From Eledone cirrhosa (taxonomy: Eukaryota), in contig OZ024752.1 in the NCBI GenBank assembly GCA_964016885.1, forward strand, positions 43,834,001-43,898,000: a DNA stretch of 64,000 nt, in the 5' to 3' direction. The position numbers and the translations under genes were made by a program. How positions within the stretch are numbered: the stretch's first letter is position 1; every line of letters starts with the position of its first letter. The notes beneath the pieces were generated by a model. It ran no database searches. It had not been told where the DNA came from and saw only the letters and a program-made list of their open reading frames with translations. Shown piece by piece: positions 50,977 to 64,000 of the stretch.

Positions 50977-51915
50977 GATACCATCATCAGATTATTTCTT
51001 CACTTTGAAATAAGACATTCAAGTGTAAAGTTCTAGTACATACTTCACAATAACCAACTTAAATTTTATTAAAACAAATTATAAACCATGATGATGATAT
51101 CAATGTGGTGCAGATTATTTGAAAATTTAAAAATAAAGTTGAACTGAGTAAAATATGGAGTAAGGAAAGAAGAAAAACAACAGGGGTTAGACCTTTTTTT
51201 TCTTTACTAATAATTTACAAAGGGATTAACAAAGCAGCCATGATTCAAACAAATGGAGATGTAAGAGAAAAAGAATTTAGAAACGCAGGGAAATAATGGA
51301 TTCTTAAAGTTAATATTTTTATTATTTAAAGTGACTTTCTTGAAAGACTAATAGCTGTTCAGCTGCAAAAATACTGACTTGCAAGCATTCAGGAGTAGAA
51401 TAGAAATCAAGCTAGAATGGTGACCTTCAGTAAGAACACAATCCATGCCCAATTAGAGTAATAGCCTTTTATTCATACACTGTGTACACTATTATATTAT
51501 CTTCATCATTGTCGTTGCGTCATCAGATTTACACATTTACTAAGCCTGAACAATAACAAAGAAATGTCAAACAAAGTTTCAAATCTTTTCTTGTACATCA
51601 TTTCTGAAATGTTCCTCCTAAGGTATTCAGCTTGTACAAGACATGCTAACAGCAGTTATCATGGTTACTAAAGATTGTCATCTTGTTGCTGCCAATGTTA
51701 TTGTCCATAGCTCTTTCCTCTCTTCAGGACTTCAGGAGAGCAAAGAAGAAAAACAAATCTCAAAGATTGGGGATATCAGAGACTGAGTTAACCAATAGCT
51801 TAGTAGACCTGGTAATCATTTCATTGCTGCCATTAATGATGGAGGTAGGTAATCCTCTGTATGCAGGCACCTCAGTCTTAGGGGACAAAAATGTAATCAG
51901 AGCTCTAAAAAGTAA

Positions 51916-51951
51916 TCACATAGCATTCGGCTGATTCCACGAGTTCCAGTT
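51916..51951 (-). CDS. ANKHD1: mask/ANKHD1 last coding exon
   Basis: Long poly-pyrimidine tract, CAG| then NWNSWNQPNAM*; AATAAA on minus at 51468 and 51065. Confidence 0.75.
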   Translation of the reverse strand, partial: NWNSWNQPNAM

Positions 51952-54900
51952 CTGTAGAAAAAAAAAGAAAAGAAAAGGGGAAAATAATAAAAATCACAAC
52001 TTTTTAAGCTTCTAATTTCATCTTTAGAAATGACATTTAAAAACTATTCACAGACCAGACTATAGTTTGATTGCTAATCACCATCGACACAGAATTAAAG
52101 GAAATTAACCTCATCAAGTGCAGTGAGCCGGAATAAATCCTGAAGCATTTTAAAAATCCAACGCCATAATGACTGTCAATTTGTTGTCATTGTTTTATGT
52201 CAGGCAAAATAGAATTCGAAGAATTATGTACTTTATCATCACACACCAATGACTGTAATATGGTTCCTCAACTCAGGATAATAAATTTCTTTAGAATGAT
52301 ATCATCATCATTTCATTTTACGTCCGCTTGTCCCTGCTTGCAAGGGTGGGACGGGAACTGATATATATATATATATATATATTATAGAGCAATATGTACA
52401 TCAATAAGTAGTTTCTTCATAATACACCAACCAATAACAAACACATGAGATTACAGGATAAACAACTAAAATATACTTACTCCCTTTTCGCTTACATCAG
52501 TCACAGGGATCTTCATGTTCCATAATTCTTTTGCTGAAGGTGGCACCGCATACAAGGGCATTTGTGGTGGTGGTGGTGGTGGTGGGTTGAAAGAAGCAAT
52601 TCCATTACTAAAACGGTGCATCAACATATGTGGATTGCCCTGTAATATTTCAGAAGTTTCACAGAGTTCAGTAAACTAAATGGCTGTTAAAATAGTTGTA
52701 GTTGCTAATACATTGAGACTAGTTAGTATGAATTTTTGGCAACATTAAATATCTATACATACTAACAGAAAAACCACCCTTCGGGTGGTTTTCTGCTAGC
52801 ATGTTTAGTGTGTATATTGATATTATACGCAGGTATATATACATGTAGATATGATACATCAAATAAAATTGTAATTGACAATATATAACACATAGAAATT
52901 GAACGAAGACTGTCTTATGTAATCAGTGACGTAATCCATGATACATTAAAAAAGACAATATTACATATAAAGTGCATTAGGAGAAAATTAGTGACGTAAA
53001 ATTAGTATGTTTATTTAAGCGATCGCCACCGGAAGTGTTGACATTTCAGAAATTTTAAAGAAGTGATTCTTTAAATAATAAAATATATTTAATGAACAGC
53101 CACGAAATTTAGTAGATAAATTATGTAATATTCATTCATTATTTATTCAAAGTAATCCAACTTATTTTACAAACGGGATAAAAAAAAATAAACCGTACAC
53201 AATCTCGCAGACCTTCCTTTATTATAGTTTAAATATACACATATTTATTTATGGTCATACACAGACAAAAATGCAACAGAAGGTTTCACGGTCCAATTAT
53301 GACCCTCTCCCCAGGTTGTCAGACATCTAGAATACCAATAGCATGTAAGTATGGCATTAAGACAATGGACAAGTCATCATCATCAAGTAGTTTATATTAT
53401 CAGTTTTGAATCTGTTTTCTCAGATGCAGTGGTCTTTACATAAAAGAACTGATGTGAAACTATTTAAATAGTTTTTATTGTAACCAACACAAGTGATGTT
53501 GCCATTACTGTGTTGAGACTTTATCCACTTTGTATCAATATTGAACAAAGACTTATGATGTCTACATTCACCCAAACTCAGAAAATAAAGAGAAATAAAG
53601 AGAAATCCTGTTCTTTGTCATTAGATTAAAGAAATAATTATTAACCAAATATACTGCAAATAATCAGCTGTGAGAAATCTATAAATTATAAGAAAATAAA
53701 AATCATTCTTTATAAACGTCTTACATGATAAGACTGTCCGACTTGATCTGGACGCTTGCCTTCCAGTAGATTGCTTCGAATAGTTGCATTTTCCAACCGA
53801 GACGGCACTCTCCCGTCATTAGGTCCAGTGACAGTAGGAGTCATTATTCCAGTAGAACCAGTAGATGATGTCATTACTGGGGTAGACATTGCAGCTGAAG
53901 CCATGATGGGAGAACTACTTGCAGGCCACTCCGAATTCAATTCTGAAGCAAAAACACAATATAGAAAATTTACTCAAATTACCAACAAAAAAACACTCCT
54001 AAAAAATCCTATGATTGGATCTAACAATGTTTACTAGTTTAGAAATTAGTAATTTAATAAAATATGATTAAAATAATGAGAGGAGATTTCATACCTGAAC
54101 TAAGTGCCCATATCATTGGGTTGAAGTCAGTTTCCATATTAATTCCTTGAGGTTTCTTCATCAGACGTTCTCCTCCAATAGGTTTCAAAAGCTTACGTTC
54201 ATCCATAATATTTTTCACCTGTTCTAAGGGTTGTGGTGGAGGAGTGGTACTCAAAGGCAAAGGAGACGATGGACCTTGAACCCCTTCAGAGAAGAAGAAA
54301 ATAAAAAAAATGGATGCAATGATTAAACATTTGAAAATAAAAAGCTGAAACCCTAATTACTTTTGAGCATCAGATGGTAATAATACTTTTCACAATATCC
54401 ATTCTATAATATACAAACACGGTAACACTAAATGTAAATATGGTGTGAGGGATTGGAGATTGCATGACTGGCTGACAACAGAATCAAGTGAACGTAAGGT
54501 AGAGAAGGACTCTTAGTCTTGTCAAGAACCTGACAAACTGTTGATGCCACAATAGAATGCACCCTGTACACTCTTAAAAATGAGTGGCATTAGGAAGGGC
54601 CTCTGTGGAAGCCATTCCAAAATATGGGATGTAGGAGCAAATGTGATTATCTGACCAAGTCCTGTCTTATTCCAACTCAAGCCAGAAACAGGACATTTAT
54701 CGATGATGTTTACTTTCATAGCTGCTTGCATCTAAAGGATTAAAAATATTTAACATTTTTTTATATTGTAATTTAAATTTAAAAACTCAAAAAATGATTT
54801 ACCTTTTGTACGTAGTGCTATAGATGGTGTACTGTTAGGTCGCACTGGGGGATGCATTGGTGAATATGGACGCTGCACTGGTTGGTTAGGATTCATCATG

Positions 54901-57900
54901 TTAGTATTAGGCTGGTTACTAAATTGGGCGAGTATATTGTAACTGGGTTGCATATCTGGCATAGGTGGAGGAGGCGGTGGGGCTACTGGAAGGTAGTTAG
55001 CCTGTGGGTGCATACTGCTGTAGTTAGGGCTTACAAAAGCATGAGTTGCATACATTGCAGTCTGAATGTTGCCAGAGTTTAAGTTACCAACCCCCGTACG
55101 ACCAAGAAATTGTGCAGGCAAATTCCCCTGAGGTGTAGAAACACTTTTGAAATCAGGTGCAAGAGGATTTAAAATGCTATCTATTTTTGGAAGAGTCATA
55201 GGTTGATTAGGAATGGTATATTCCTCCTTCTGACTAGACATAACAGGAGGCAGCATCCGGGGATGGGCTGCTTCCAAAGTTACAACTGTTCTTATGGTCC
55301 TTGGAGATAATCCAGGTTGACCTGAATTATTAGACCGGGGTGACAATGAGCAACCTACTGAGTTTAACATAACATCTGAACTGTTGTGTAAAGACAGTCC
55401 AAAATGGTTTTTATAATTGGGCATTTTAACTTGTTCTAGATCTGATACTAAAGTGTGCTGGGGAGAATTTGTCCTATGTCCGTTTGGTTTATAGCCAGGA
55501 GCTTTAGCCTGCAAAGCAGCGTCTATCTTTGGTTCAGCAGGTAATGGTTTAGGGGAACTTCGACCAACCTGGGACGGCAACCCAGAATTCATTTGTACTC
55601 CTGCAGCAACACTGGCAAAATTCATTCTTTCTCCACAGTGGTCATCTTTTTTCCCCATCACCTGCTCAGCAACATGACTAAACAAGTTGTTAAAAGGAGA
55701 GTAGTCACATGGTAATGAGACAGGAGGAATGGATGCTGCTTCAGATGAAAGCTGGGACTGAGGCAAAACATTGCCACCACCTGTTCGCATTACTAAGTTA
55801 GAATTTACTATTGAAGGAGCAGTTGGAGGGCCAACTGGATTAGGTGCTATACCCCCGCCACCACTACTGCCACCTCCGCCACCACAAAGTATATCCGAAG
55901 ACTTCATATTAGTAGGAGGTGGTCTATAATTAACTTTAATTTGAGGAGAAGAGTTAGAGGAATGGGTTTCTACCTTTACAGCTGAGGTAGCAGTAGAAGT
56001 TATTAGCTTAATCCCTGATGGAGCACTGCTATAGGTGACAGTTGCATGGGTAGTTGTTACCGCAGTAGGCACAGTTGATGTCCGCTTATCACTCGGGAAC
56101 AACTGCCTAACAACTTTTGCCTCCGGAGCAGATGAAGTGGCAACGGATGCTGTAGTGGGCGGAGACCGAATCGATACCTGATGGTGGGGTTGGGATTGTT
56201 GCTGCTGAGTGATATTATTTGACGAAGCAGACTTCTGAGAAGGCAGTGGATTGTGCTGAGGTGAAGTAAGGGTTGAAGTGGACTGAGCATTTGACCAGAC
56301 TTGACTCTGCACAACAGTACTCCCTGAACTTTGAACCAATGTTGGTCGTGGTGCAGTATTACCAACAGTGGAAGTCACTGAATTAGATGGCTGCTGTTTA
56401 GAGTTTGCAGTTCTTTGAACCATCTTATTATTCGAATTGTAGCTTGACAATGAAGGACAGGTAGAAACATAAGTCCCGCTAGCAATAGATGTGTTACTGA
56501 CATGGTTAGTATTGCAACTATCACTATTATTATTGCTAGTTGAAGCCACATTGGAATTGGTCCATTCAGATGGTAACTGAGTCTGCAAGGGGACATGATT
56601 TGACTGCTGGTGTGACTGAGTGTGCTGTTGCTGGTTCTGCCGGGATTGCTTATTTTTGGGCAGTATCTCAGCAATTTCTTTATCGGGATCAGAAACTAGG
56701 ACATTTATTAACAGATGAGCTTGTCTGGTTGCTTCAGCAGATCCCCTGAAATGAAGAAAATTAAGATTTCATTAAAATACAAGTAGTTGGCAAGATAAGA
56801 AATAGCCTAAAGTTCAATACTGTAAACTTTTCAGAAACTACATGACACCCACAAGGTGGTAACTCTCAGGAGAGCTGGATAGCAGAAGGTCTTAAGTGTT
56901 TTGGACCTTAACATTGAAAAAACACTTTAGTAGACCATTACTGTATCAATGGAACGGTCGGTTTCTAATAAATCAGAGAAATCTAAGAGGAATCCAACAC
57001 TTGTGATGAAGAACAATAATATACAACATATCATCATCATCATCATTTAACGTCCATTTTTGTTGCTAGCAATGGTTGGATGGGGCTTCACAGACATTTA
57101 AGAATGGTTTTCCAAAGAGCAACAGAAGAGAACTACAGTGAAGTTACTCCATACATTAGTAGAGAGGATACACATCTCATATAGTCTCAGGACTAGAACG
57201 GTTTCATTCATTTGAAATCCCGTCTCTATGAAATATGATTATTTCACCATCCAATTTTTGCAACCTTGACAAAAACTGACAGAGAGAGAGAGAAAAGAGA
57301 AGAGGTGGTGGTGGGGTTTAATTGTATATTATGTTTCTGGTATTAATGATAGAAGTAGATCAATAACTTACTTGATAGTAATCAATCTGTCGCCAGATCC
57401 CTTCTGTTTTTCAACTTCTATATGAGCTCCCGATGCATCTCTTATGGCATTAATATTGGCGCCACCTCGGCCTATTACTCGACTGATCGCATTCGCAGAA
57501 ACAATGATTTTTTTAGATCTGTAACCAGAATGGATTTTTTTAATATTAAAACAGTAAAAAAAAAAAAAAAATCAAACCTCCAAAACAGCAAAATATAAAA
57601 TATTTTTGATATAATTTTTAGATTTTCATTTAAACAACAAATTATTACTTACACAAGGAATAAATACTAAAACTTACTTCCTTACAACTTCTTTCCAACC
57701 ATCTTCTTTTCGTTGACCTCTTTTAGGACTCATGTTTACATTGTGAGCCTTCATTAAATTGACAGACCGATCACTTGAATTAGTATTTTTATCTAATAAA
57801 GGTCCAAAATGCTCATGACACTCCCTGTGGTGAAAATAATATTTGATGATTAGTTCTGGCATTGAATAACACGGTTACAGAATAGGATATTTAGATAATT

Positions 57901-60900
57901 TACTTATAACGAGATTGTCAAATTTTGTTTAATTAGTGGATTTCTTTCATCAGTATATTATGTAAACTTATGGAATTTTCAGATACCAATAAATTTCAGT
58001 ATCTCACACCATTTTATCTTTATATATAATGTTTTTTATGCACATCAGTTCAACTAAAACAATGTGCACATTTCTTCTGTATTACAATTCTGTTATTTAC
58101 CCTCAGTGAATTATGACTAATAATTTTTTTAATAAAAAATAATAATTTTTCAAGAATCTCAGATTTTTTAAAGAAGCTTTTAAGCTGTTCCAAACATCAC
58201 TTTATATCAATGCACAATTTTTATGGAAGTTTAAATTCACAATTTTAAATTCAAATGAAAAAGATATTTTAGTTAGAAATATAGTAAACCCCTAAATTTG
58301 TGACAGTCAATGATATCTTAATCTGGACATAAAAATGTTTAAGATTAATAAATACGAGACTTACACAATTGATTTTTTATCCAAGTTTTTAGTTAATAAT
58401 TTATCAATTTCAGAACCATAAACTTTATATGGTATTTCTAACAAAGACCCAAAGTCATCAAGCTCTCCAATAGCTGAAAGATTAAAGAACAAAAAAGTTA
58501 TGAAATTAGACATGGTATATACAAAATTAAATCAGTTTAAATAAGTTATTTCAAATGGATACTGGAAAATAACGACCATCACCATTTAACACCCATTTTT
58601 CCATGCTTGCATGGGTTAGACAGGTCAGGCGACCATGTCTTGCTCATGGATCTGTATTTTGGCTTGGTTTCTACAGCTGCATGCCCTTTATAATGCCAAC
58701 AACTTTACAGCATGGACTGAGTGCTTTTTGTTGTGGCACCAAAATAATCATCGCACATGCTAACTTGTCCAACCCATGCCAGCTTGGAAAGCAGAAGTAA
58801 ATTGATGATTGTGATAATGAATAGTAAATACAATACTTACTTGACTTTTTACTTGAAGAACTTGAATTCACATGATCTCTTTTTTTCTTTTTGCTACTGT
58901 TACTGTTGTTGTTGTTGTTGTTAGTATTACCACTGCCACCGCCGCCACCACTGCTACTACCTCCTCCACCACCACCGCCACTGCTAGATGATCTCACCTC
59001 AGACTCCTTGTTTTCGTTCATATTACTAATAGACATTGTCACAGTTGAAGTAGTTTGACTGGCAGTGGCAGAGGAGCCAATAGCAACTGTTGAGCTATTT
59101 GACAATTTTGTCACCCTACTATCCGGTGGTTTATCTTTCACCTTGCTTTTGCCCTTCTTGTTCTTTCGCAACTCATGATTTATATTCGAATTTGAAGTCT
59201 GACATGTGATAACCTTTGCCTGGTGATTCCGATAGCGTTTAATCTTTGGTTCACTCATTGCACAGTTACTTATAGTGCCTAGAAAATACAACAAAATCTA
59301 CTTTACTATATCATTAAAAAATAATTCTTAATTTTCAGTATTTGTGTGAATACACACAAATAAAAAAAGCAATAAATGAATAATAATTAAAAATAAATAA
59401 GTTTGTAACGATGTAGTCTTGGGTTTGATTCCACTGCATCACACTTAGGCTATCTTCTACAATGCCTTATTGGTAAATTTGGTAGACTGCAACTGTATGA
59501 AGCCCTCAATGTTTGTGAGTGTCTTTTTGCACTAATTCAAGCAGAGGACGGTAATATTTGTTTACTTACCATCCACCATTATAATTTAACATAAAAATGT
59601 CAATTATATATGTGTGTGTGTTTAAAAAAACAAAACCAACATTTACTATATTTTACAAAACTAAGATTGCAATGAAATATTAACTGACCTATTGTAGTAG
59701 TAGTAGTTGCAGAAGGTGGTTCTAAAAGAACTAATACATCTTCTTCTTCTTCCTCCTCCTCCTCCTCTTCCTCTTCTTTAGGTGTACTGTTTGTTTCGGG
59801 CACAGGAGAACTGTTTTTACTAAATAAAATAGAATAAAACAGCTAAAGTAATAGATCAGAAATGTCTGAACTGTGTTGTGTGACAACAATAATCTTTTGG
59901 TGTCTCACAAAGTAAAACCATTAACTTTTTTTTACAAATATTTGAAAGTGAAATATATTTTAAGATCTAATATCTGACATAATTGTTTATTTAATAATTC
60001 TATTGTTCTATTTACAACTACGTAGATTTAGCTGGCCTCTTCCCATGTGTCACTTATGTGAAAAGTTAGGAAAGCTCTGGAAAAGATCCACTAGTTCTGT
60101 TCAATATCTAGCTCTACGATCAAAACAAGACTATTTAAGGGCTACCAAACTAAGAGTGGTAAATCAAGATGAACCGAAATGATTTTATGTCAGCTGAAAC
60201 TTGGCAACAATATATTCAAATTAATTGAAATATAAACATACATGTTTGATTCTCTTTCTTTTTCCAACTTCTCTTTCTTCTTCTTTTTCTTGCGTTCCCT
60301 CCGCTTTGCAGCTGCTGCCCTCTTGTTTTCCTCCCATTGTCGCTCTTTGTCTAGTTCTTCCAAAAGGATGGTAGCATTCTTGTTAGCTTCTGCCGCCTGC
60401 CGATCTTTGGCACTTATGATTATTTCCATACACTGCCTGCATTTTTTGTTTAACTCCTGCAAAAAATGAAATTACAAATAAATTATTTAAAAAAATAAAT
60501 CTTTTTGTTACAAGGATCCCATTCTACAATAGTTTAAATTCTTAAAGTCATTATTACTTTCAATATATTCAAATGATTTGAAGAATTCATAGAACTTTAC
60601 ATGACTTTACAAATGTATAACTACTAACTTATACCAGATAATGACATGGGTTATTAAGTCTGGGAAATAGTGAGGAGAAAGAGAGAGATGTATGACATGC
60701 AAATATTCTAATAGCATTGCAAATGAATGGTATGGCAGTTTTCCAGAGGAATGTTTAAAGACATGTAGCCAGAGCCATAAGTCTTTCAATAAAAAAAATG
60801 ATTCATCATCATCGTTTGACATTTCTTTTGCACGCTAGCATGGGTTAACTAAAACTGCTTTCATGTGATCTACTTTAATGCTTTTGATACCAAACCACCT

Positions 60901-63405
60901 GAAAGCATCTCTAGTTCTATGAAGTGTTTCTATTTAAATTCTAAACTTCTATCATAGTTTTTTATCTAAGAATTTTTTTTTGTTTTAGACACCAGCTTAA
61001 AAATGAAGTTACTTGACTTAATCCCTCAAAATGCTTAAATATTTTCAAAATTAATTGAAAATCATAAGCAGTGTTTTTCATTAGAAATATTTCGTAAGGG
61101 AAATCTGGAAGAGAATTAGAAAAGAAATTATGTTTGAAAGATTGAGAAACGTACTGGATCTGTTACTGTACTTATGTACCGTTGGAGCTCATTGTCAAGA
61201 GGGAACTGCGTGACAAACTTCACCATCCACTTCACTACTTTTATGTGCCCCTTCCGAAAAGCAGCAACTAAACAGGATACTTTACGGTTGTCATCACTGT
61301 CAATATCAGCTCTGTGGCTTACAAGTAACTGTACAACATCTAGATGGCCACCTTTAAATAGGAAAACAAAATTTATATTAGATTTAAACATTTAAATTTT
61401 AATGCGATACAAACTTACAATGAGAATATATTCTTTTCAAAGCTTTTAATTACAGTATTTGAAAAATTAAGTTCTATAGAACTTAGTAAAGATGGTTATA
61501 TTTGCGTAACAACAATCACGCATTCTAAGGCAATTTTCTTTGCTAAAACGGATTAATTTTGAGGGTCCCATGACAAGCTTCTTTTTTTGTATCATCTGTA
61601 TCCCACATCCCTTTCAGTTGCTCACATTCATCATCAATGCCTCACTCCCATGTTTCCCTTCAGTTTCAGCAACACTCTCCTCTTCATTAGTACACCACCA
61701 TTCACAACACTCTCCTCTTCATTAGTACACCACCATTCACATCTCACTTTAGACACTATCACAGGGTCTCATGCACCCTTTCCATTCAACATGTCTCAAT
61801 TGTAACGTTTTCACACCTTCCATCTTAACACCATTCCTAAAATCCAGCTCAACACCTTCTCAATAATATAGTATATATATCTGTAACTCTTTGAAATGTA
61901 CACAAGCATTTCCTATGTCAGTCATGCTGCTACAATATATTAGATTGTATATATATGAAGGACTTACCATTACATGCTAACCACAGAGGAGAATTGCCTT
62001 TTTTGTTTTTCACATCAACAGCAGCATTTCTGAAAGAATTTTGAAATTCATATAGATTATTGTCCTACCCATGCTAGAGTGGAAGATGGACATTAAATGA
62101 TGATGATATTTCTTAGTAGCCTTAACATTATGATTGCCAAAGTAATCCCTACAAGTTAATAGGATTGTTTGAAAAGTATTTTGAAGTAATTCTTCTTTAA
62201 CCTCCATTGATCCACACCCCCACCACTCAATGACTACCAACTGTATTCTACTGGAGACTATCATCATTGGGCTCCTACCTTCAAGTAAGTGAAAACAGTG
62301 CTGTAATCCTTAATATTAACCAAACTAAAAGAGTTATGCAATATCTCATGAAATAGATCTATAATTTCCAATTAATTTTTTAAGTAATCAATAATTTAAA
62401 TAAAATAACTAACCATATTAAATTGGTGTTTAGCAGATAACTTAAAAAAGATATTCCTCCATAATACATTTATTTTGTCATCATAGAATTGGGTTAGTTT
62501 TGTGGAGTTATGAGAAGATTAAGTAGAGAAATAAGCGTATAAATTGTGGATGTGTACCTACCTGGAAAGCAGCAGTTCAACAAATCTATAATGTCCCTTG
62601 TCAGCAGCAATGGTCAGTGCTGTATCTCTTGATGATGGCACAGGAGCTGCATTTACATCAGCTCCTTTGTCTAACAAAACTTTCCCAACTTCAACATAAC
62701 CACCAGAAGCGGCTTCCATCAATGGAGTAAGACCGGTCTATAAAACAAAAATCAGGAAATATTACTGTTATAATGATACGAAAATATAAACATTTCTTAA
62801 AAACTTTTGTCTCGAGGAAAAGGAGGAGGTAGAAGATATTTTAAAAATCAAAATAATTTACCTTAGCGCGGTGTTCAATGTTTGCTTTTCGATCAACCAA
62901 AAGGCTTACAACTTCATGACGCCCCTGGAAACATGCCAGTGTCAAGGCTGTATTTTTATTTGTCTCAATCTAAAAAGAAAGAATATATATATATATATAT
63001 ATATATATATCAAACATGCACTTGCATTAAACCAATAAAAAATATGCCCCATTACTTTTTATAAATATACAAACATAAAACCAAACAAGAAATTTTAGCT
63101 AAAATCTCTACATCTTTGTTGATGAGAGTATTTAGAAGTAAAACAAGCAGGCACAATTATACAGAGTTAACTTATAAACCTATATAAGGACATTATTATA
63201 CAGTAGCTAACTTATTATTATACAGCAGCTAACTTATAAACCTATATAAGGACCCCTCACCCCCCAAATTTTAATATCTAGAAGAAATATATTATTCACC
63301 TGAGCATTAATATCACTACCCATATCAAGAAGCAATTTGACAGCAGCAGAGTGACCATTCATAGCTGCTAACATGAGAGGAGAAATGCCAAGTTTGCTTC
63401 CAGTC
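51916..63405 (-). CDS. ANKHD1: Ankyrin repeat and KH domain protein (mask/ANKHD1/ANKRD17 orthologue), 3' 16 exons; 5' part outside window
   Basis: In-frame GT-AG exons: 63405-63300, 62969-62862, 62737-62562, 62029-61968, 61351-61155, 60456-60242, 59819-59689, 59278-58841, 58473-58365, 57824-57678, 57518-57372, 56745-54803, 54283-54095, 53942-53725, 52639-52481, 51951-51916 (about 1460 codons). Contains ankyrin repeats, AAEANKNATILL, EPPSATTTTTIG and a KH domain with GRGG. Confidence 0.96.
52481..52639 (-). CDS. ANKHD1: mask/ANKHD1 penultimate exon
   Basis: GNPHMLMHRFSNG...poly-P...KELWNMKIPVTDVSEKG; two in-frame GTAAG donors. Confidence 0.82.
52762..53230 (-). mobile_element. Non-autonomous Helitron-like element, copy 2 (in mask intron)
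   Basis: Uninterrupted homologue of 48968-49747; AAAACCACCC-GAA-GGGTGGTTTT hairpin just before terminal TTAG-T on minus. Confidence 0.55.
53725..53942 (-). CDS. ANKHD1: mask/ANKHD1 exon
   Basis: LNSEWPASSSP...GQSYH; canonical splice sites. Confidence 0.85.
54095..54283 (-). CDS. ANKHD1: mask/ANKHD1 exon
   Basis: ...LLKPIGGER...; canonical splice sites. Confidence 0.87.
54803..56745 (-). CDS. ANKHD1: mask/ANKHD1 large exon (end of KH plus S/P/N-rich region)
   Basis: GSAEATRQAHLLINVLVSDPDKEI continues into the 612-aa ORF; donor GTAAAT. Confidence 0.93.
57372..57518 (-). CDS. ANKHD1: mask/ANKHD1 KH-domain exon
   Basis: SKKIIVSANAISRVIGRGGANINAIRDASGAHIEVEKQKGSGDRLITI. Confidence 0.96.
57678..57824 (-). 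CDS. ANKHD1: mask/ANKHD1 exon preceding the KH domain
   Basis: SPKRGQRKEDGWKEVVR. Confidence 0.92.
58365..58473 (-). CDS. ANKHD1: mask/ANKHD1 exon
   Basis: TTTCAG|...|GTAAG; IGELDDFGSLLEIPY; needed to keep the frame. Confidence 0.82.
58841..59278 (-). CDS. ANKHD1: mask/ANKHD1 low-complexity exon
   Basis: Canonical sites, phase 1-1, open frame with S/G/N runs. Confidence 0.88.
59689..59819 (-). CDS. ANKHD1: mask/ANKHD1 acidic exon
   Basis: Poly-E followed by EPPSATTTTTI(G). Confidence 0.92.
60242..60456 (-). CDS. ANKHD1: mask/ANKHD1 coiled-coil/basic exon
   Basis: ELNKKCRQCMEIIISAKDRQAAEANKNATILLEELDKE...KRRERKKKKKKE. Confidence 0.94.
61155..61351 (-). CDS. ANKHD1: mask/ANKHD1 ankyrin exon
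   Basis: GGHLDVVQLLV...AAFRKGHIKVVKWMVK...RYISTVTDP. Confidence 0.95.
61968..62029 (-). CDS. ANKHD1: mask/ANKHD1 ankyrin exon
   Basis: NAAVDVKNKKGNSPLWLACN. Confidence 0.93.
62562..62737 (-). CDS. ANKHD1: mask/ANKHD1 ankyrin exon
   Basis: TGLTPLMEAASGGYVEVGKVLLDKGADVNAAPVPSSRDTALTIAADKGHYRFVELLLS. Confidence 0.95.
62862..62969 (-). CDS. ANKHD1: mask/ANKHD1 ankyrin exon
   Basis: IETNKNTALTLACFQGRHEVVSLLVDRKANIEHRAK. Confidence 0.95.
63300..63405 (-). CDS. ANKHD1: mask/ANKHD1 ankyrin exon
   Basis: TGSKLGISPLMLAAMNGHSAAVKLLLDMGSDINAQ. Confidence 0.95.
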
Positions 63406-63699
63406 CTGAAAGAAAATTGTGAATAATTAAAAATAAAATTTGATGAATTATCAAATAAATTTTACCAAAGGTTTTTTTTTTTTTACAGAAAAAACAACAA
63501 ACAAACAAAACAGAGCTTATGCCAATTATAGAAAATAGTTCATGAACATCTATATTTAAAGTTTTGCTATCATATTGCAGGCCATAGCACCACTACATAC
63601 ATGTTTTGTAGAATTACAGATCTAACTATAATACAACAGCTAGCTTTTATTTTAAAATTCTTGCTCTTTTACATCCACATTTTATTATGTAGAGACACT

Positions 63700-63805
63700 G
63701 ACATTCAACAGGCCCAGAACGTCTTTCTTGCACACCTCACACTAGTTAATGTCGCAAAGTCTGATCCACCATCCACGTTTAACATGTCTCCTAGGTAACG
63801 AAAAT
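63700..63805 (-). mobile_element. Small RTE RT remnant in mask intron
   Basis: FRYLGDMLNVDGGSDFATLTSVRCARKTF resembles FRYLGDKISSGGG...RVRTGWKKF. Confidence 0.6.
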
Positions 63806-64000
63806 CCAGCAACACTGTCTCAAATTATTTTACCTTTCATTATCTACCAAAGGCAGCATTGAATGGCAGGCTATTGAATTTTGTTTTTATCGTCAATTAT
63901 TTAATGCATGATCTTTAAACCTGTGATGGACTGGTGTCCTGTCCAGTGGAGGGAGTCTTGTACTGTCAGTCACTTAACACAAATGAAACTGAGATAAAAA

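Noticed and set aside
45800-51900. ANKHD1-EIF4EBP3-like readthrough partner downstream of mask
   Set aside because: No 4E-BP-like exon (YxxxxL motif) is recognisable; the interval holds repeats and the zinc-finger gene's upstream region.

Overview
Eukaryotic, very AT-rich, microsatellite- and SINE/LINE-dense DNA. The repeat landscape and tandem C2H2 gene suggest a cephalopod such as Octopus (inference). Most ORF-track entries are translations of (TA)n/(CA)n/(GAT)n repeats. Four genes can be built with in-frame GT-AG splicing. (1) PPIL1 cyclophilin: minus, 4 exons, 27443-29487, 167 aa. (2) An unrecognised plus-strand single-pass membrane protein, about 31066-41015, about 296 aa. It has a Cys-rich peritrophin-A/CBM14-like ectodomain and a tail carrying YEEI, RPLPxxP, ITIM-like and C-terminal PDZ-type motifs; this is the most interesting item. 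(3) A 20-finger C2H2 zinc-finger gene with one coding exon: minus, 43854-45629. (4) The 3' 16 exons of an ANKHD1/ANKRD17/mask orthologue: minus, 51916-63405, continuing beyond the window. Also present are RTE and CR1/L2-type LINE fragments (one nested with a target-site duplication), a mariner remnant, two Helitron-like copies, TTAA and Tc1-type MITEs, SINEs, minisatellites, and several hairpins, two of them in predicted 3' UTRs.
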